Origin: an uncultured Candidatus Saccharibacteria bacterium
GTDB taxonomy: Bacteria > Patescibacteriota > Minisyncoccia > Minisyncoccales > PEYH01
Direction: 5' to 3'
DNA length: 44,017 nucleotides
Assembly (NCBI GenBank): GCA_964395215.1
Contig: CAYNAD010000001.1
Coordinates: forward strand, 1-44,017
The translations under genes and the position numbers were made by a program. The stretch's first letter is position 1. The number at the start of each line of letters is the position of its first letter. This document shows, in pieces, positions 33,403-42,581 of this stretch. Under the pieces are notes generated by a model that did not search any database, had not been told where the DNA came from, and saw nothing but the letters and a program-made list of their open reading frames with translations.

Positions 33403-33445
33403 GCGACCGAGAGGGGGTCAAAAATCGCTTTTTAAGCGGTTTTTT
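33403..33445 (+). repeat. Dispersed repeat copy A (GCGACCGAGAGGGGGTCAAAAATCGCTTTTTAAGCGGTTTTTT); the 3' part is also a terminator-like hairpin
   Basis: Similar to 34171-34195 (5' half) and 36956-36996 (whole length, ~80% by eye). Confidence 0.6.
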
Positions 33446-33464
33446 GTTAGAATGAATTAATAAT

Positions 33465-34007
33465 ATGATAAAAAAAGATAATAATTTTGCCTATATTGAC
33501 GGGGCTAATTTGTATGAAGCGCTTAAAGATTTAGAGTGGGCACTAGATTACAAAAGGTTTAGGATATGGCTATCTGAAAAATATGGTGTGAAGAAAGCAT
33601 ATATTTTTATAGGTTTGATTCCCAAAAACAAAAAACTTTATACTTATCTTCAAGAGTGCGGTTTTACTCTTATATTTAAGGAGGTTATTTATGACGGAGT
33701 TGGAAAACCAAAAGGCAATTGTGATGCGGATTTAGTTTTGCAAGTGACCAAAGATTGTTATGAGAATAATTTCGATAAATCACTAATAGTAAGCAGCGAT
33801 GGTGATTATTCTAGTTTAGTAAGGTTTTTATATGAAAAAAATAAATTATTAGGCGTATTATCTCCAGCACCTAAGGAAAAATGTTCAATATTACTCAAGA
33901 GAACCGACGCCAAGATATCATATATAAACGATCAAAGGTCTATTTTAGAAAAACTAAATGAAAAAACCCCCAATACGGACGGAACCGTATCAGGGTCTTT
34001 TTCGTAA
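33465..34007 (+). CDS. NYN/LabA-like (DUF88) domain protein, predicted RNase
   Basis: 180-aa ORF with motifs FAYIDGANLY, KGNCDADLVLQV and IVSSDGDYSSLV. Confidence 0.75.
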   Translation: MIKKDNNFAYIDGANLYEALKDLEWALDYKRFRIWLSEKYGVKKAYIFIGLIPKNKKLYTYLQECGFTLIFKEVIYDGVGKPKGNCDADLVLQVTKDCYENNFDKSLIVSSDGDYSSLVRFLYEKNKLLGVLSPAPKEKCSILLKRTDAKISYINDQRSILEKLNEKTPNTDGTVSGSFS

Positions 34008-34170
34008 TGATATGTTAATATTATGTGAAAGAAGTTAATTTGTCAATAGTTTGGTTATACGCAAGAGAATAAATAGAGAGAATAAAACAAGGACGTTTCT
34101 GACTTTTATAGCGTTTCATTTGTAACGAAAAACAATGGTGTCAACTCTGATTTTTGTTAAAAGAGCATAG

Positions 34171-34195
34171 GCGACCGAAGGAAAGTAAATAATTT
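34171..34195 (+). repeat. Dispersed repeat copy B (GCGACCGAAGGAAAGTAAATAATTT)
   Basis: Shares GCGACCGA.(A/G)G...GT.AA.AAT with copy A. Confidence 0.45.
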
Positions 34196-34204
34196 TTTTA
34201 GTAT

Positions 34205-35482
34205 ATGGAAATAGACAGCTTTGAACAACACATATCAAAAACAGAAAAAGTATTATCAATTTCTGATTATTTAAAGGTTTTAAATGTCGGCCTTAAAAAT
34301 TATAAAGCGAAGATTATCGGAGAGGTAAGCGACATTAGTTTTGGTCCTACTGGGCATGTTTATTTTAAATTAAAAGACAAAAAGGACGAAAGCACGATAA
34401 AATGTATCATTTGGAAAAATAAATATGAACTTTACGGAGTCAAGCTAAAAGAGGGAGTTGAAATTATTTCTTTTGGGTGTCCGAGTATGCATCCTAAATA
34501 TGGATTTAGCTTTATAGCAGATACAATTGAATATGTCGGAGAGGGGATATTAAAAGCGGAGTACGATAAACTAAAGAAGCAATTAATTCAAGAAGGTATT
34601 TTTGCTGAAGAGAAGAAGAGAGCAATACCAGAATATGCTGAAAATATAGGTGTAATTACTTCTAAATCAGGAGCTGTTATACACGATTTCACTACTAATC
34701 TTGGCAAACATGGTTTTAGAATTAAATTAATTGATTCTAGGGTTGAAGGACAAGACGCAGTAGAGGATTTGCTTTTTTCCATTAATTTGTTTAAAAAACA
34801 AAATATTGATGTTTTAATAATTATGCGAGGCGGTGGCTCTTTGGAATCGCTGTTGGCTTTTAATAATGGAAAGATAGTTAGAGAGGTCTCGGGTTTTCCA
34901 GTTCCCGTTATAGCAGCGATAGGTCATGAAAAAAATGTTCCACTTATGTCTATGGCTGCTGATGCTATGGTTTCCACCCCTACGGCTGCCGCTAATTTTT
35001 TGAATAAACCGTGGGAACAAGCACAATCAAAAATAGAAAAATACGAGAGAGATATTGTAGATCTATATGGTCATCATTTATCTGAACTTGGTAAGGCGCT
35101 AGACGGATTTTATTATAAGCTGAAAGAGGGGTTTGATTTAATTTTAGGGGGATACAAAGAATTTGAGAATAAGCTAAAAGGATTTTTATCTGTGATTAAT
35201 AATCAATTGATATTGAAAAAAAATAATATTATTGATGATTCAAAATCAATTTCAAGATATTTTGTTTCTAATCTTCAAAATATCAAGGAAGCTATTTTAA
35301 ACATGGAAAATATTGTTCGGTCAAATAATCCGGAAAGACAACTTAAACTAGGATATAGTATCGCCAGACACAAGGGGTCGCTTATTAAAAGCGTGAAAGA
35401 TGTTAAAATAGAGAGCGATATAGATATTCGTGTTTTTGATGGAATTATAAAATCAAAGGTCAAGGATATAAATAATAAATAA
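34205..35482 (+). CDS. xseA: Exodeoxyribonuclease VII large subunit
   Basis: 425-aa ORF with an N-terminal OB fold (GEVSDISFGPTGHVYFKLKD) and a catalytic region (IIMRGGGSLESLLAFN, AIGHE). Confidence 0.9.
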   Translation: MEIDSFEQHISKTEKVLSISDYLKVLNVGLKNYKAKIIGEVSDISFGPTGHVYFKLKDKKDESTIKCIIWKNKYELYGVKLKEGVEIISFGCPSMHPKYGFSFIADTIEYVGEGILKAEYDKLKKQLIQEGIFAEEKKRAIPEYAENIGVITSKSGAVIHDFTTNLGKHGFRIKLIDSRVEGQDAVEDLLFSINLFKKQNIDVLIIMRGGGSLESLLAFNNGKIVREVSGFPVPVIAAIGHEKNVPLMSMAADAMVSTPTAAANFLNKPWEQAQSKIEKYERDIVDLYGHHLSELGKALDGFYYKLKEGFDLILGGYKEFENKLKGFLSVINNQLILKKNNIIDDSKSISRYFVSNLQNIKEAILNMENIVRSNNPERQLKLGYSIARHKGSLIKSVKDVKIESDIDIRVFDGIIKSKVKDINNK

Positions 35483-35486
35483 AAAT

Positions 35487-35759
35487 ATGTCAAAAGAAGA
35501 AATAAAAAAAACAGACCTTAGCCATGATTTAAAACGACTTTCTGAAATAGTGGATTGGTTTGAGGAACAGCAAGATATTGATATTGAGAAAGGGCTAGAG
35601 AAAGTAAAAGAGGCGTCCATTCTTATTAAAGGTAGTAAAAAGAGGCTCACAGAAATAGAAAACGAATTTGAGGAAATAAAGAAGGAAATTGATACTGAAG
35701 AAGGCGAGAACAAAGAAAGGGGAAATGGCGATAGTATTGGGAACGAGGGCGATATTTGA
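35487..35759 (+). CDS. xseB: Exodeoxyribonuclease VII small subunit
   Basis: 90-aa helical ORF immediately after xseA, with the LKRLSEIVDWFE...LEKVKEA pattern. Confidence 0.8.
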   Translation: MSKEEIKKTDLSHDLKRLSEIVDWFEEQQDIDIEKGLEKVKEASILIKGSKKRLTEIENEFEEIKKEIDTEEGENKERGNGDSIGNEGDI

Positions 35760-35840
35760 GTCTTGACGAGATATTCTATTAATATGTAAAGATGGTGTTC
35801 ATGTAAAATGGCGTTAATTCTATTTTAATAGAATTTTAAT

Positions 35841-36845
35841 ATGGACTTAATACAATTCCAAAAATTATTTGAGGAAGAACCAAGATATCGTTTGGTTCAA
35901 GCTAAAAAAGCCCTTTTTCACGACTTAATCCAAAATTGGTCAGAGGCGGCGGTTTTGCCTTTGATTCTAAGAGAAAAATTAAACAAAGAATGTCCGATTG
36001 AGATATCTGGGGAAACTCTTGTTTCAAGAGACAAAAATACACTAAAGACCCTTCTTTTTCTAAAAGACGGCTTGAAAGTTGAGACAATTTTGATACGTCA
36101 CAAAGATAAAAGAAATACCGTTTGTGTTTCTTCTCAAGTCGGTTGTGCTCTAAATTGTTCTTTTTGCGCTACAGGGAAGATGGGACTCAAGAGAAGCCTC
36201 GAAACTTGGGAAATAGTTGCACAGGTTTTGTTTTTCGCTCGTTATCTTAAAAAAAATAAAGAGAGGGTTACTAATGTTGTCTTTATGGGAATGGGGGAGC
36301 CATTTTTAAATTACCAGAATGTTATAGAGTCAATAAAGATTCTGAACGATAAAGATGGGTTTAATCTTGGAGCAAGACATTTTTCAATTTCTACCGTTGG
36401 GATTGTAGAAGGGATCAAAAAATTGGCTAATGAGAAATTACAAATAAATTTAGCCGTTTCTCTTCATGCGCCCGATAATGAGCTTCGTTCAGAGTTGATG
36501 CCAATAAACAAAGAATATCCTATCCAGAAGGTTTTAAACGCAGTTGATGATTATATAAAGAAAACACGGCGGCGGGTGATGTTTGAGTACGTGATGATAA
36601 AGGATTTAAACGATTCCATAGAACATGCTAAGGCATTAGCCAGATTGATAAAAAAGCCTCTTTGTTTCGTGAATCTAATCTCTTATAACCCAACAGGTAC
36701 ACTTAAGTCTTCTTCGTCCTTAAGAATTAAAAAGTTCAAAGAGATTTTGGAGAAAAGAGGAGTGGTGGTTACTCAAAGATACCGTTTCGGTCAAGATATT
36801 AAGGGCGCTTGCGGTCAGTTGGCAACAGAAAATGAAAGAAAATAA
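35841..36845 (+). CDS. rlmN: 23S rRNA/tRNA A-C2 methyltransferase RlmN (radical SAM)
   Basis: 334-aa ORF with the CALNCSFCATG cluster, GMGEPFLNY, and a C-terminal GACGQL. Confidence 0.9.
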   Translation: MDLIQFQKLFEEEPRYRLVQAKKALFHDLIQNWSEAAVLPLILREKLNKECPIEISGETLVSRDKNTLKTLLFLKDGLKVETILIRHKDKRNTVCVSSQVGCALNCSFCATGKMGLKRSLETWEIVAQVLFFARYLKKNKERVTNVVFMGMGEPFLNYQNVIESIKILNDKDGFNLGARHFSISTVGIVEGIKKLANEKLQINLAVSLHAPDNELRSELMPINKEYPIQKVLNAVDDYIKKTRRRVMFEYVMIKDLNDSIEHAKALARLIKKPLCFVNLISYNPTGTLKSSSSLRIKKFKEILEKRGVVVTQRYRFGQDIKGACGQLATENERK

Positions 36846-36955
36846 AAAAATATTAATTTGAAAACGCATTGAATAAGATGTGTTGGAGTCGTTAAATCCT
36901 GATTTTAAAAGATTTTTATAGACGATTTTTAGAATAAGATAACCTAAGATATTCT

Positions 36956-36996
36956 GACCAAGGGAGTTAAAAATCGCTTTTTGAGTGTTTGTTTGG
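36956..36996 (+). repeat. Dispersed repeat copy C (GACCAAGGGAGTTAAAAATCGCTTTTTGAGTGTTTGTTTGG)
   Basis: Aligns with copy A over ~43 nt. Confidence 0.55.
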
Positions 36997-37040
36997 TAAG
37001 CTAGGATTGATAATTAGAAATAAATAAAACCGAAAATAAA

Positions 37041-37631
37041 ATGAAACAGGAAAAACCCACGAGAGAGGATTCTTATTCTAAAAGAGCTAAGGAAGAGAAC
37101 TATCCGGCTCGTTCTGTTTATAAACTAAAAGAGATTGATAAAAAACACCGACTTATTAAACAGGGCGATTTTATTTTGGATATTGGTTGTTCTCCTGGTT
37201 CTTGGATGCTTTATCTTAGTAAAAAAGTCGGTAGAAGAGGAAGAATAACAGGGATTGACCTTGAGGAGCCAAAAATTGTACTTAAAGACAATATGAGGTT
37301 TATTAAAGGAGATATAAGAGAATGTGTTGATCTTTTTCAAAAAAAGCTTGATGTTATTGTTTCTGACGCAGCGCCAGGAACCACAGGCATTCATTTTGTT
37401 GATGTGGCTAAGTCTTTAGAATTAGCTAAAGTTTCTTTAGATATTGTCAAAAAAGTATTAAAGCCAAATGGAAATTTTCTTTGTAAAATATTTGAAGGAG
37501 AGGGGACAGAAGAATTTTTAAAAGAAATAAAAACATTATTTTCTTTTGTTAAACCTTTTCGACCAAATGCAGTTAGAAAGCATAGTAGAGAGTTTTATCT
37601 AATTGCCAAAAATTTTGGGAAGGAAAAATAA
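37041..37631 (+). CDS. rlmE: FtsJ/RlmE-type ribosomal RNA 2'-O-methyltransferase
   Basis: 196-aa ORF with motifs RSVYKLKEIDKKHRLIK, LDIGCSPGSW, VVSDAAP and CKIFEG. Confidence 0.85.
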   Translation: MKQEKPTREDSYSKRAKEENYPARSVYKLKEIDKKHRLIKQGDFILDIGCSPGSWMLYLSKKVGRRGRITGIDLEEPKIVLKDNMRFIKGDIRECVDLFQKKLDVIVSDAAPGTTGIHFVDVAKSLELAKVSLDIVKKVLKPNGNFLCKIFEGEGTEEFLKEIKTLFSFVKPFRPNAVRKHSREFYLIAKNFGKEK

Positions 37632-37649
37632 AATTATTGAAATATATTT

Positions 37650-38072
37650 ATGCATGAAATTGTTCACATAGCATTTGCGCTTTTTTTGTTAAAGATTTTC
37701 GGAAATCCTGTTTTAGTATTTCCGCTTGTCTTTGTGAGTCATTTTGTTTTGGACATAGTGCCTCATTATAAAGTTAAGTACTCTACCAGAAAGAGTTACG
37801 TCATTGAAATGTTTATTGATGCTCTGATTTCCACAGCTTTTGTTGTGCTTTATTTGTTTTATGCGCCGGATGCGCCGGGGATTTTTATAGTTTTAGCCAC
37901 TTGCTTTTTCGCGACATTGCCAGATTTTTTTCTGTTGCTAAGATTTTTATGGAAAATAGAGATATTCAAACCTTTGATGCTTGATTTCCATACGAAGATT
38001 CAGCACGAATATCAATGGGCATGGATTGTAGAGCTCAGTTTTTTAGTCGGTTTGTCTTTGTTTTTGTTTTAG
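37650..38072 (+). CDS. Hypothetical integral membrane protein (His-rich TM helices)
   Basis: 140-aa ORF with four hydrophobic segments. I do not recognise a family. Confidence 0.55.
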   Translation: MHEIVHIAFALFLLKIFGNPVLVFPLVFVSHFVLDIVPHYKVKYSTRKSYVIEMFIDALISTAFVVLYLFYAPDAPGIFIVLATCFFATLPDFFLLLRFLWKIEIFKPLMLDFHTKIQHEYQWAWIVELSFLVGLSLFLF

Positions 38073-38095
38073 TTTCAATTATTGAAATATTTATT

Positions 38096-38536
38096 ATGTC
38101 TAATACAAATAGAACTCTTATTTTCTTAGCTTTCGTTATGATAGTCATTATTTTGATCTGGTATTTTTTGCCTAAAAATACAGAAGAAGAGCAGGACAAA
38201 ATTCCTAGTCCAACAGAGGATATAATAATCACAAGCCCTGAGCCAAATACATATATCAGCTCGCCACTTTTGATTGAGGGCGAAGCCAGGGGAACTTGGT
38301 TTTTTGAAGGCGATTTTCCGATTATTCTTACTGACTGGGATGGCAAGATTATTGCAGAATCTTATGCCACAGCAAAGGGAGAATGGATGACAGAGGATTT
38401 TGTATCTTTTTCAGGACAGCTTGAGTTTGAAAAGCCGAAATACGGGGAAAGGGGCTCTCTTATACTTCAGAAAGATAACCCATCAGGACTTTCAGAATTC
38501 GATGATGCCAAAGAAATAACTATTTTTTTCAAATAA
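38096..38536 (+). CDS. Signal-anchored protein with a Gmad2-like immunoglobulin-like domain
   Basis: I prefer the ATG at 38096 (MSNTNRTLIFLAF...). The C-terminal ISSPLLIEGEARGTWFFEGDFPIILTDWDGKII...SFSGQLEF pattern resembles Gmad2 domains. Confidence 0.55.
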   Translation: MSNTNRTLIFLAFVMIVIILIWYFLPKNTEEEQDKIPSPTEDIIITSPEPNTYISSPLLIEGEARGTWFFEGDFPIILTDWDGKIIAESYATAKGEWMTEDFVSFSGQLEFEKPKYGERGSLILQKDNPSGLSEFDDAKEITIFFK

Positions 38537-38537
38537 T

Positions 38538-39524
38538 ATGAAAGAAAATTTTAATTTACCATTAGTAAATACTCATTGCCACGCAGCAATGTTCCCCTTC
38601 AGAGGTAGAGCAGAGGATATCCCTCTGCAAGAATGGCTGGAAAAGCATATTTGGCCGATGGAAGGGAAAGAGGTTAATCCTGAAATGGTTTATAGCGAAA
38701 CTAAAAAGGCGATTAGAGAAATGAAAGCAAACAGAATTGCTTTTTTTGTTGATATGTATATGTTTCAGGAAGAAGTAGCAAAGGCTTCAATAGAAGAGAA
38801 TATGCCTGTTATGATTGGCAAGGCCTTGGTTGACAATCCAACCAGTTGTAAGGATTTTGATGAGAGTTTAAAAATTACAGAGCAATTATTAAAAAAATAT
38901 CAAAATCACAATTTAGTTAAAGTTTCTGTGGCTCCTCATTCTATTTACACTGTTTGCAAAGAAAATTTAATCAAAGCAAAGGACTTGGCAAGAGAATATG
39001 ATACTATCTATCAGATTCATTGTGCTGAAACCAAGCAGGAGCTTGATGATTGTTTAAGAGAGCATAGTAAGACCCCGGTTCAGTACTTGGACGACTTAGG
39101 CGTTTTAGATGAAAAAACTTTGCTTGCCCATTGCGTTTGGCTCGATGACGACGATATAGAGATATTGAGTAAGAGACAAACAAGCGTTGCTCATTGCCCA
39201 TTGAGCAATTTAAAACTTGGTTCAGGTATTGCTCCGATTGCCAAAATGATTGAAAAAAATGTTTTAGTTTGTTTAGGAACAGATGGGCCTGCCAGCTCAA
39301 ACCGGTTGGATATTTGGGAGGCAGGCAAATTCGCTGGCCTGCTTCAGAAAGGGATTAACTATGACCCAGCTCTTTTGCCTGCCAGAGAAGTTGTCAAAAT
39401 GATGACTGTTAACGGAATGAAAGCACTTGGTATAAGAGAGTTAAACAACAAAACAATTGAGCAGTGGCAGGAAGAGATCGAGGATCAGGATTTTTCTTAT
39501 TTGTATCATCAGAACTTTTCTTAA
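38538..39524 (+). CDS. Amidohydrolase superfamily protein (MtaD/nucleoside-deaminase-like, short form)
   Basis: 328-aa ORF with the metal-binding motif NTHCHAAM, plus HCAET, HCVWL and CLGTDGPASSN. Confidence 0.7.
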   Translation: MKENFNLPLVNTHCHAAMFPFRGRAEDIPLQEWLEKHIWPMEGKEVNPEMVYSETKKAIREMKANRIAFFVDMYMFQEEVAKASIEENMPVMIGKALVDNPTSCKDFDESLKITEQLLKKYQNHNLVKVSVAPHSIYTVCKENLIKAKDLAREYDTIYQIHCAETKQELDDCLREHSKTPVQYLDDLGVLDEKTLLAHCVWLDDDDIEILSKRQTSVAHCPLSNLKLGSGIAPIAKMIEKNVLVCLGTDGPASSNRLDIWEAGKFAGLLQKGINYDPALLPAREVVKMMTVNGMKALGIRELNNKTIEQWQEEIEDQDFSYLYHQNFS

Positions 39525-39547
39525 CTTGTTTTAAGAAAAGACTTTTT
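39515..39547 (+). terminator. Terminator overlapping the amidohydrolase stop codon
   Basis: Perfect 10-bp hairpin CTTTTCTTAA-CTTGTT-TTAAGAAAAG followed by ACTTTTT. Confidence 0.7.
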
Positions 39548-39630
39548 AATTGACCATATATTATTATAGAAATTGTTTCGTTTTTGGTGTTTCATCGTAT
39601 TTATATTAAAGAGTAATTATTCTAAAGCAT

Positions 39631-40185
39631 ATGCAAGAAATTAACCAATTGGTTAAAAAGTGCCAGGAAGGAAATTCACAAGAGTTTGGAGGTCTGTATG
39701 AGATGTATTTTGGAAAGATTTATCGTTTTGTTTATTACAAAACAATGTGTAAGCAGATTGCCGAGGACTTAGTGAGTAAGACTTTTCTTAAGGCATTTGA
39801 AAATATTGGACAGTTTAACGCCGATAAAGGGAGTTTTTCTGCCTGGATTTATAGGATTGCCAGGAATAATGTGATTGATTATTATCGCGTCCAGAAAAAA
39901 GATATTGATATTTCAGATATTTGGGATTTAAAAACGCACGAGAACATAGAAATAGATGTGGAAAATCAGGAAAAAATATATGAACTTAAGGAAAGCATAC
40001 AAGAATTAACGCCCAAACAGAGAGAAATTTTAATTTTAAGAATTTGGGACAATTTGTCTTATAGCGAAATTGCAGAGATTACAGGAAAAACAGAAGAAAA
40101 TTGTCGAGTTATATTTTCGCGAACCATCAGAGGTTTAAGAAAAAATGTTGTCGTCTGTTTGTTCGCCTTATCATTAACATTGTAG
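39631..40185 (+). CDS. ECF-type sigma-70 family sigma factor
   Basis: 184-aa ORF. Region 2: IYRFVYYK...AEDLVSKTFLKAF...WIYRIARNNVIDYYR. Region 4: LTPKQREILILRIWDNLSYSEIAEITG. Confidence 0.85.
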   Translation: MQEINQLVKKCQEGNSQEFGGLYEMYFGKIYRFVYYKTMCKQIAEDLVSKTFLKAFENIGQFNADKGSFSAWIYRIARNNVIDYYRVQKKDIDISDIWDLKTHENIEIDVENQEKIYELKESIQELTPKQREILILRIWDNLSYSEIAEITGKTEENCRVIFSRTIRGLRKNVVVCLFALSLTL

Positions 40186-40188
40186 ATT

Positions 40189-41712
40189 ATGAATGAAGAA
40201 ATGATAAAAGAGATTCTCCAAGATATTTACAAAATTGATAAAAATTTTAAAAAATACGAGCTCGAGCTAAAACATGTTGTTGTAAGGCTTTTAGCTCAAA
40301 AACCAGAGGTTAAAATAAGTGAGCAGTTTAAAAATGATTTAAAAGTTCATTTGTTAGAGACCATCGAACAATTAAAAACAAAAAATATGATTCAAGGGAA
40401 AAGATTTAATTTAAGAGATTATTTCGCTTTACCTAAATTGGCATATGCTTTTAGTGGAGCGCTGTTATTGGGTTTGATTCTCCTTCCGGTTATGCTTCAG
40501 CTTGGGAGAGGAGGAGTAATTCCTCAAACACAGATTGAAACAACGCCTTCTTTCGTGGAAAAAGGAGATAATGCTTTTGGTCCATTAGTAATGCAACAGG
40601 GCATAAGTGACGCAAATTTAGAGGCCACGGTTTTGCCTGGGATTGGAGAAGAAGGATTCTTTAGCACAGAGGAGCAAAGACTATCCATGTCCGTATCTGA
40701 CACTACCGTCGGAGTAAAAGTTATTGCTCCAAATTATTATCAGACATATAAATATGTTTATGCTGGAGATGATTTTCTTTTAGAACAAGAAAAAGTAGAA
40801 GTGTTTAGAAGAGTAAATCAGGGTTTTGATTCAGGAGTTAATTCTTTATTTAGCAGAATGAACTTTGGTTTGATTAATCTTTCAAAATTATCTAATTTAA
40901 AGATTGATTATTTAAGTCTAAGTCAGGATAGCGATGAGGGGTATAAATTATACATAGATTTAGTAAACGGAAGCATTAGCATAAGTAAAATTAATAAAGT
41001 CAACGAAATGCTTGAAAAAAGCTGTATTTCTGGTAAGTGTTGGCATCCGCAAGAACCCCTAGTGCCATCTGATGTTCCTTCTGATGAGAAACTAATAGAA
41101 ATTAGTAATAGTTTTTTAACGAAATATGGCATTAATAGAAGCGGTTATGGGGAGCCGATTATTAAAAAGGATTCTCCAGTTTTCAGAGTCTTAGAATCAA
41201 CTGGTAAGCAGGAGCCATATATTTCAGACTCTGTGCAAATTATTTATCCCTTGGAGTTCGATGGTAAATTGGTTTATGACGAATCGGGCAGAGCATTCGG
41301 TTTAATAGTGAATATTAATATTCGTGACAAAGAGGTTTCAGGGCTTTACAATCTTAACACACGTAATTACGAAAGATCTATGTACGAAGGAGAAATTGAT
41401 GCAGGCAAGATATTAGAGGTAGCAGAGAAAAGAGGGACACACAGCTGGCCTTCTCTCTCAAGTCAGCAACCACTTGAAGTTGAGCTAGGCACACCTTCGG
41501 TAGTTTATATGAGGATTACAAATTATCAGAACAATGAGAGAAATGAATTATATGTCCCTGCCTTGCTTTTCCCGATTCAAGAAGTGCCAGAAGGAGTATA
41601 TATATACCAAGAGAATATAGTTGTACCATTGGCAAAGGATTTATTAAATTCAACACGATTAGAATACATGAGGCCAGTGCCTGCTGTTGAGGTTATAGAG
41701 ATAGAAGAATAA
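40189..41712 (+). CDS. Single-pass membrane protein, putative anti-sigma/sensor partner of the ECF sigma
   Basis: 507-aa ORF starting 3 nt after the sigma stop. It has an ~85-aa cytoplasmic N-terminus, one TM (LAYAFSGALLLGLILLPVMLQL) and a large external domain. No zinc anti-sigma motif was seen. Confidence 0.5.
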   Translation: MNEEMIKEILQDIYKIDKNFKKYELELKHVVVRLLAQKPEVKISEQFKNDLKVHLLETIEQLKTKNMIQGKRFNLRDYFALPKLAYAFSGALLLGLILLPVMLQLGRGGVIPQTQIETTPSFVEKGDNAFGPLVMQQGISDANLEATVLPGIGEEGFFSTEEQRLSMSVSDTTVGVKVIAPNYYQTYKYVYAGDDFLLEQEKVEVFRRVNQGFDSGVNSLFSRMNFGLINLSKLSNLKIDYLSLSQDSDEGYKLYIDLVNGSISISKINKVNEMLEKSCISGKCWHPQEPLVPSDVPSDEKLIEISNSFLTKYGINRSGYGEPIIKKDSPVFRVLESTGKQEPYISDSVQIIYPLEFDGKLVYDESGRAFGLIVNINIRDKEVSGLYNLNTRNYERSMYEGEIDAGKILEVAEKRGTHSWPSLSSQQPLEVELGTPSVVYMRITNYQNNERNELYVPALLFPIQEVPEGVYIYQENIVVPLAKDLLNSTRLEYMRPVPAVEVIEIEE

Positions 41713-41731
41713 TTTTTTATATAACTAAAAG

Positions 41732-41752
41732 CAGGGCGGATGCCCTGTTTTT
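41732..41752 (+). terminator. Rho-independent terminator
   Basis: CAGGGC-GGAT-GCCCTG followed by T5. Confidence 0.8.
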
Positions 41753-41806
41753 GGTTTAAATTGATTATGCTAAAATTAAGGTATATAAAATATTTGAGGA
41801 AAAAAT

Positions 41807-42505
41807 ATGTCTAAGATAAATGAGGTTAGAAATAAATTAAAAAAATTGTCTGACAAGAAAAGAGCAAAAGCTTCTCAACGGTTTTTTAAAACTGGCAAAG
41901 GAGAGTATGGAGAAGGAGATGTTTTTATCGGTATTAAATTACTAGACCAAAAAGCATTGGCAATTGAGTATAAAGATATTTCTTTAGAAGATATAAAAAA
42001 GCTTTTAAAAAGCAAGGTTCACGAAGAGCGATCATTGGCATTGGGAATATTAAAGAAGCAATATGTAAAAGCCAAGAATAAGAGAACAGTAGATTTTTAT
42101 TTAAAACACACTAAATTTATTAATAATTGGGACTTGGTTGATATGTCGGCTTATTATATTCTAGGAGATTGGTTGATTGGAAGGAATAGAAAAATTCTTT
42201 ATAAGTTGGCGATATCAGAGGATCTTTGGGAAAAAAGAATTTCAATAATTACTACTTTCGCTTTTATTAGAAACAGTGATTTTAAAGATTGCTTGAAAAT
42301 TGCTAAAATTTTATTAAAAGATGAGCATGACTTAATCCATAAGGCAGTAGGGTGGATGTTAAGAGAAGTTGGGAAAAGGGATTTGAAAATAGAAGAAAGT
42401 TTTTTGAAAAAACATTATAAATATATGTCGAGAACCACGCTCCGCTATGCGATTGAAAGATTTCCAGAAACAAAAAGACAGGCATATTTAAAGGGGAGAA
42501 TATAA
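41807..42505 (+). CDS. DNA alkylation repair protein (AlkD/AlkC-like HEAT-repeat family)
   Basis: 232-aa ORF with motifs ASQRFFKTGKGEYGEGDVFIGI, NNWDLVD and HKAVGWMLRE. Confidence 0.75.
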   Translation: MSKINEVRNKLKKLSDKKRAKASQRFFKTGKGEYGEGDVFIGIKLLDQKALAIEYKDISLEDIKKLLKSKVHEERSLALGILKKQYVKAKNKRTVDFYLKHTKFINNWDLVDMSAYYILGDWLIGRNRKILYKLAISEDLWEKRISIITTFAFIRNSDFKDCLKIAKILLKDEHDLIHKAVGWMLREVGKRDLKIEESFLKKHYKYMSRTTLRYAIERFPETKRQAYLKGRI

Positions 42506-42581
42506 AATATAGAGAAAAGACAGAATAAAGATTCCGCATATTAGGGGATTTTTGTTTTCAATTTTCATATCTGCATATATA

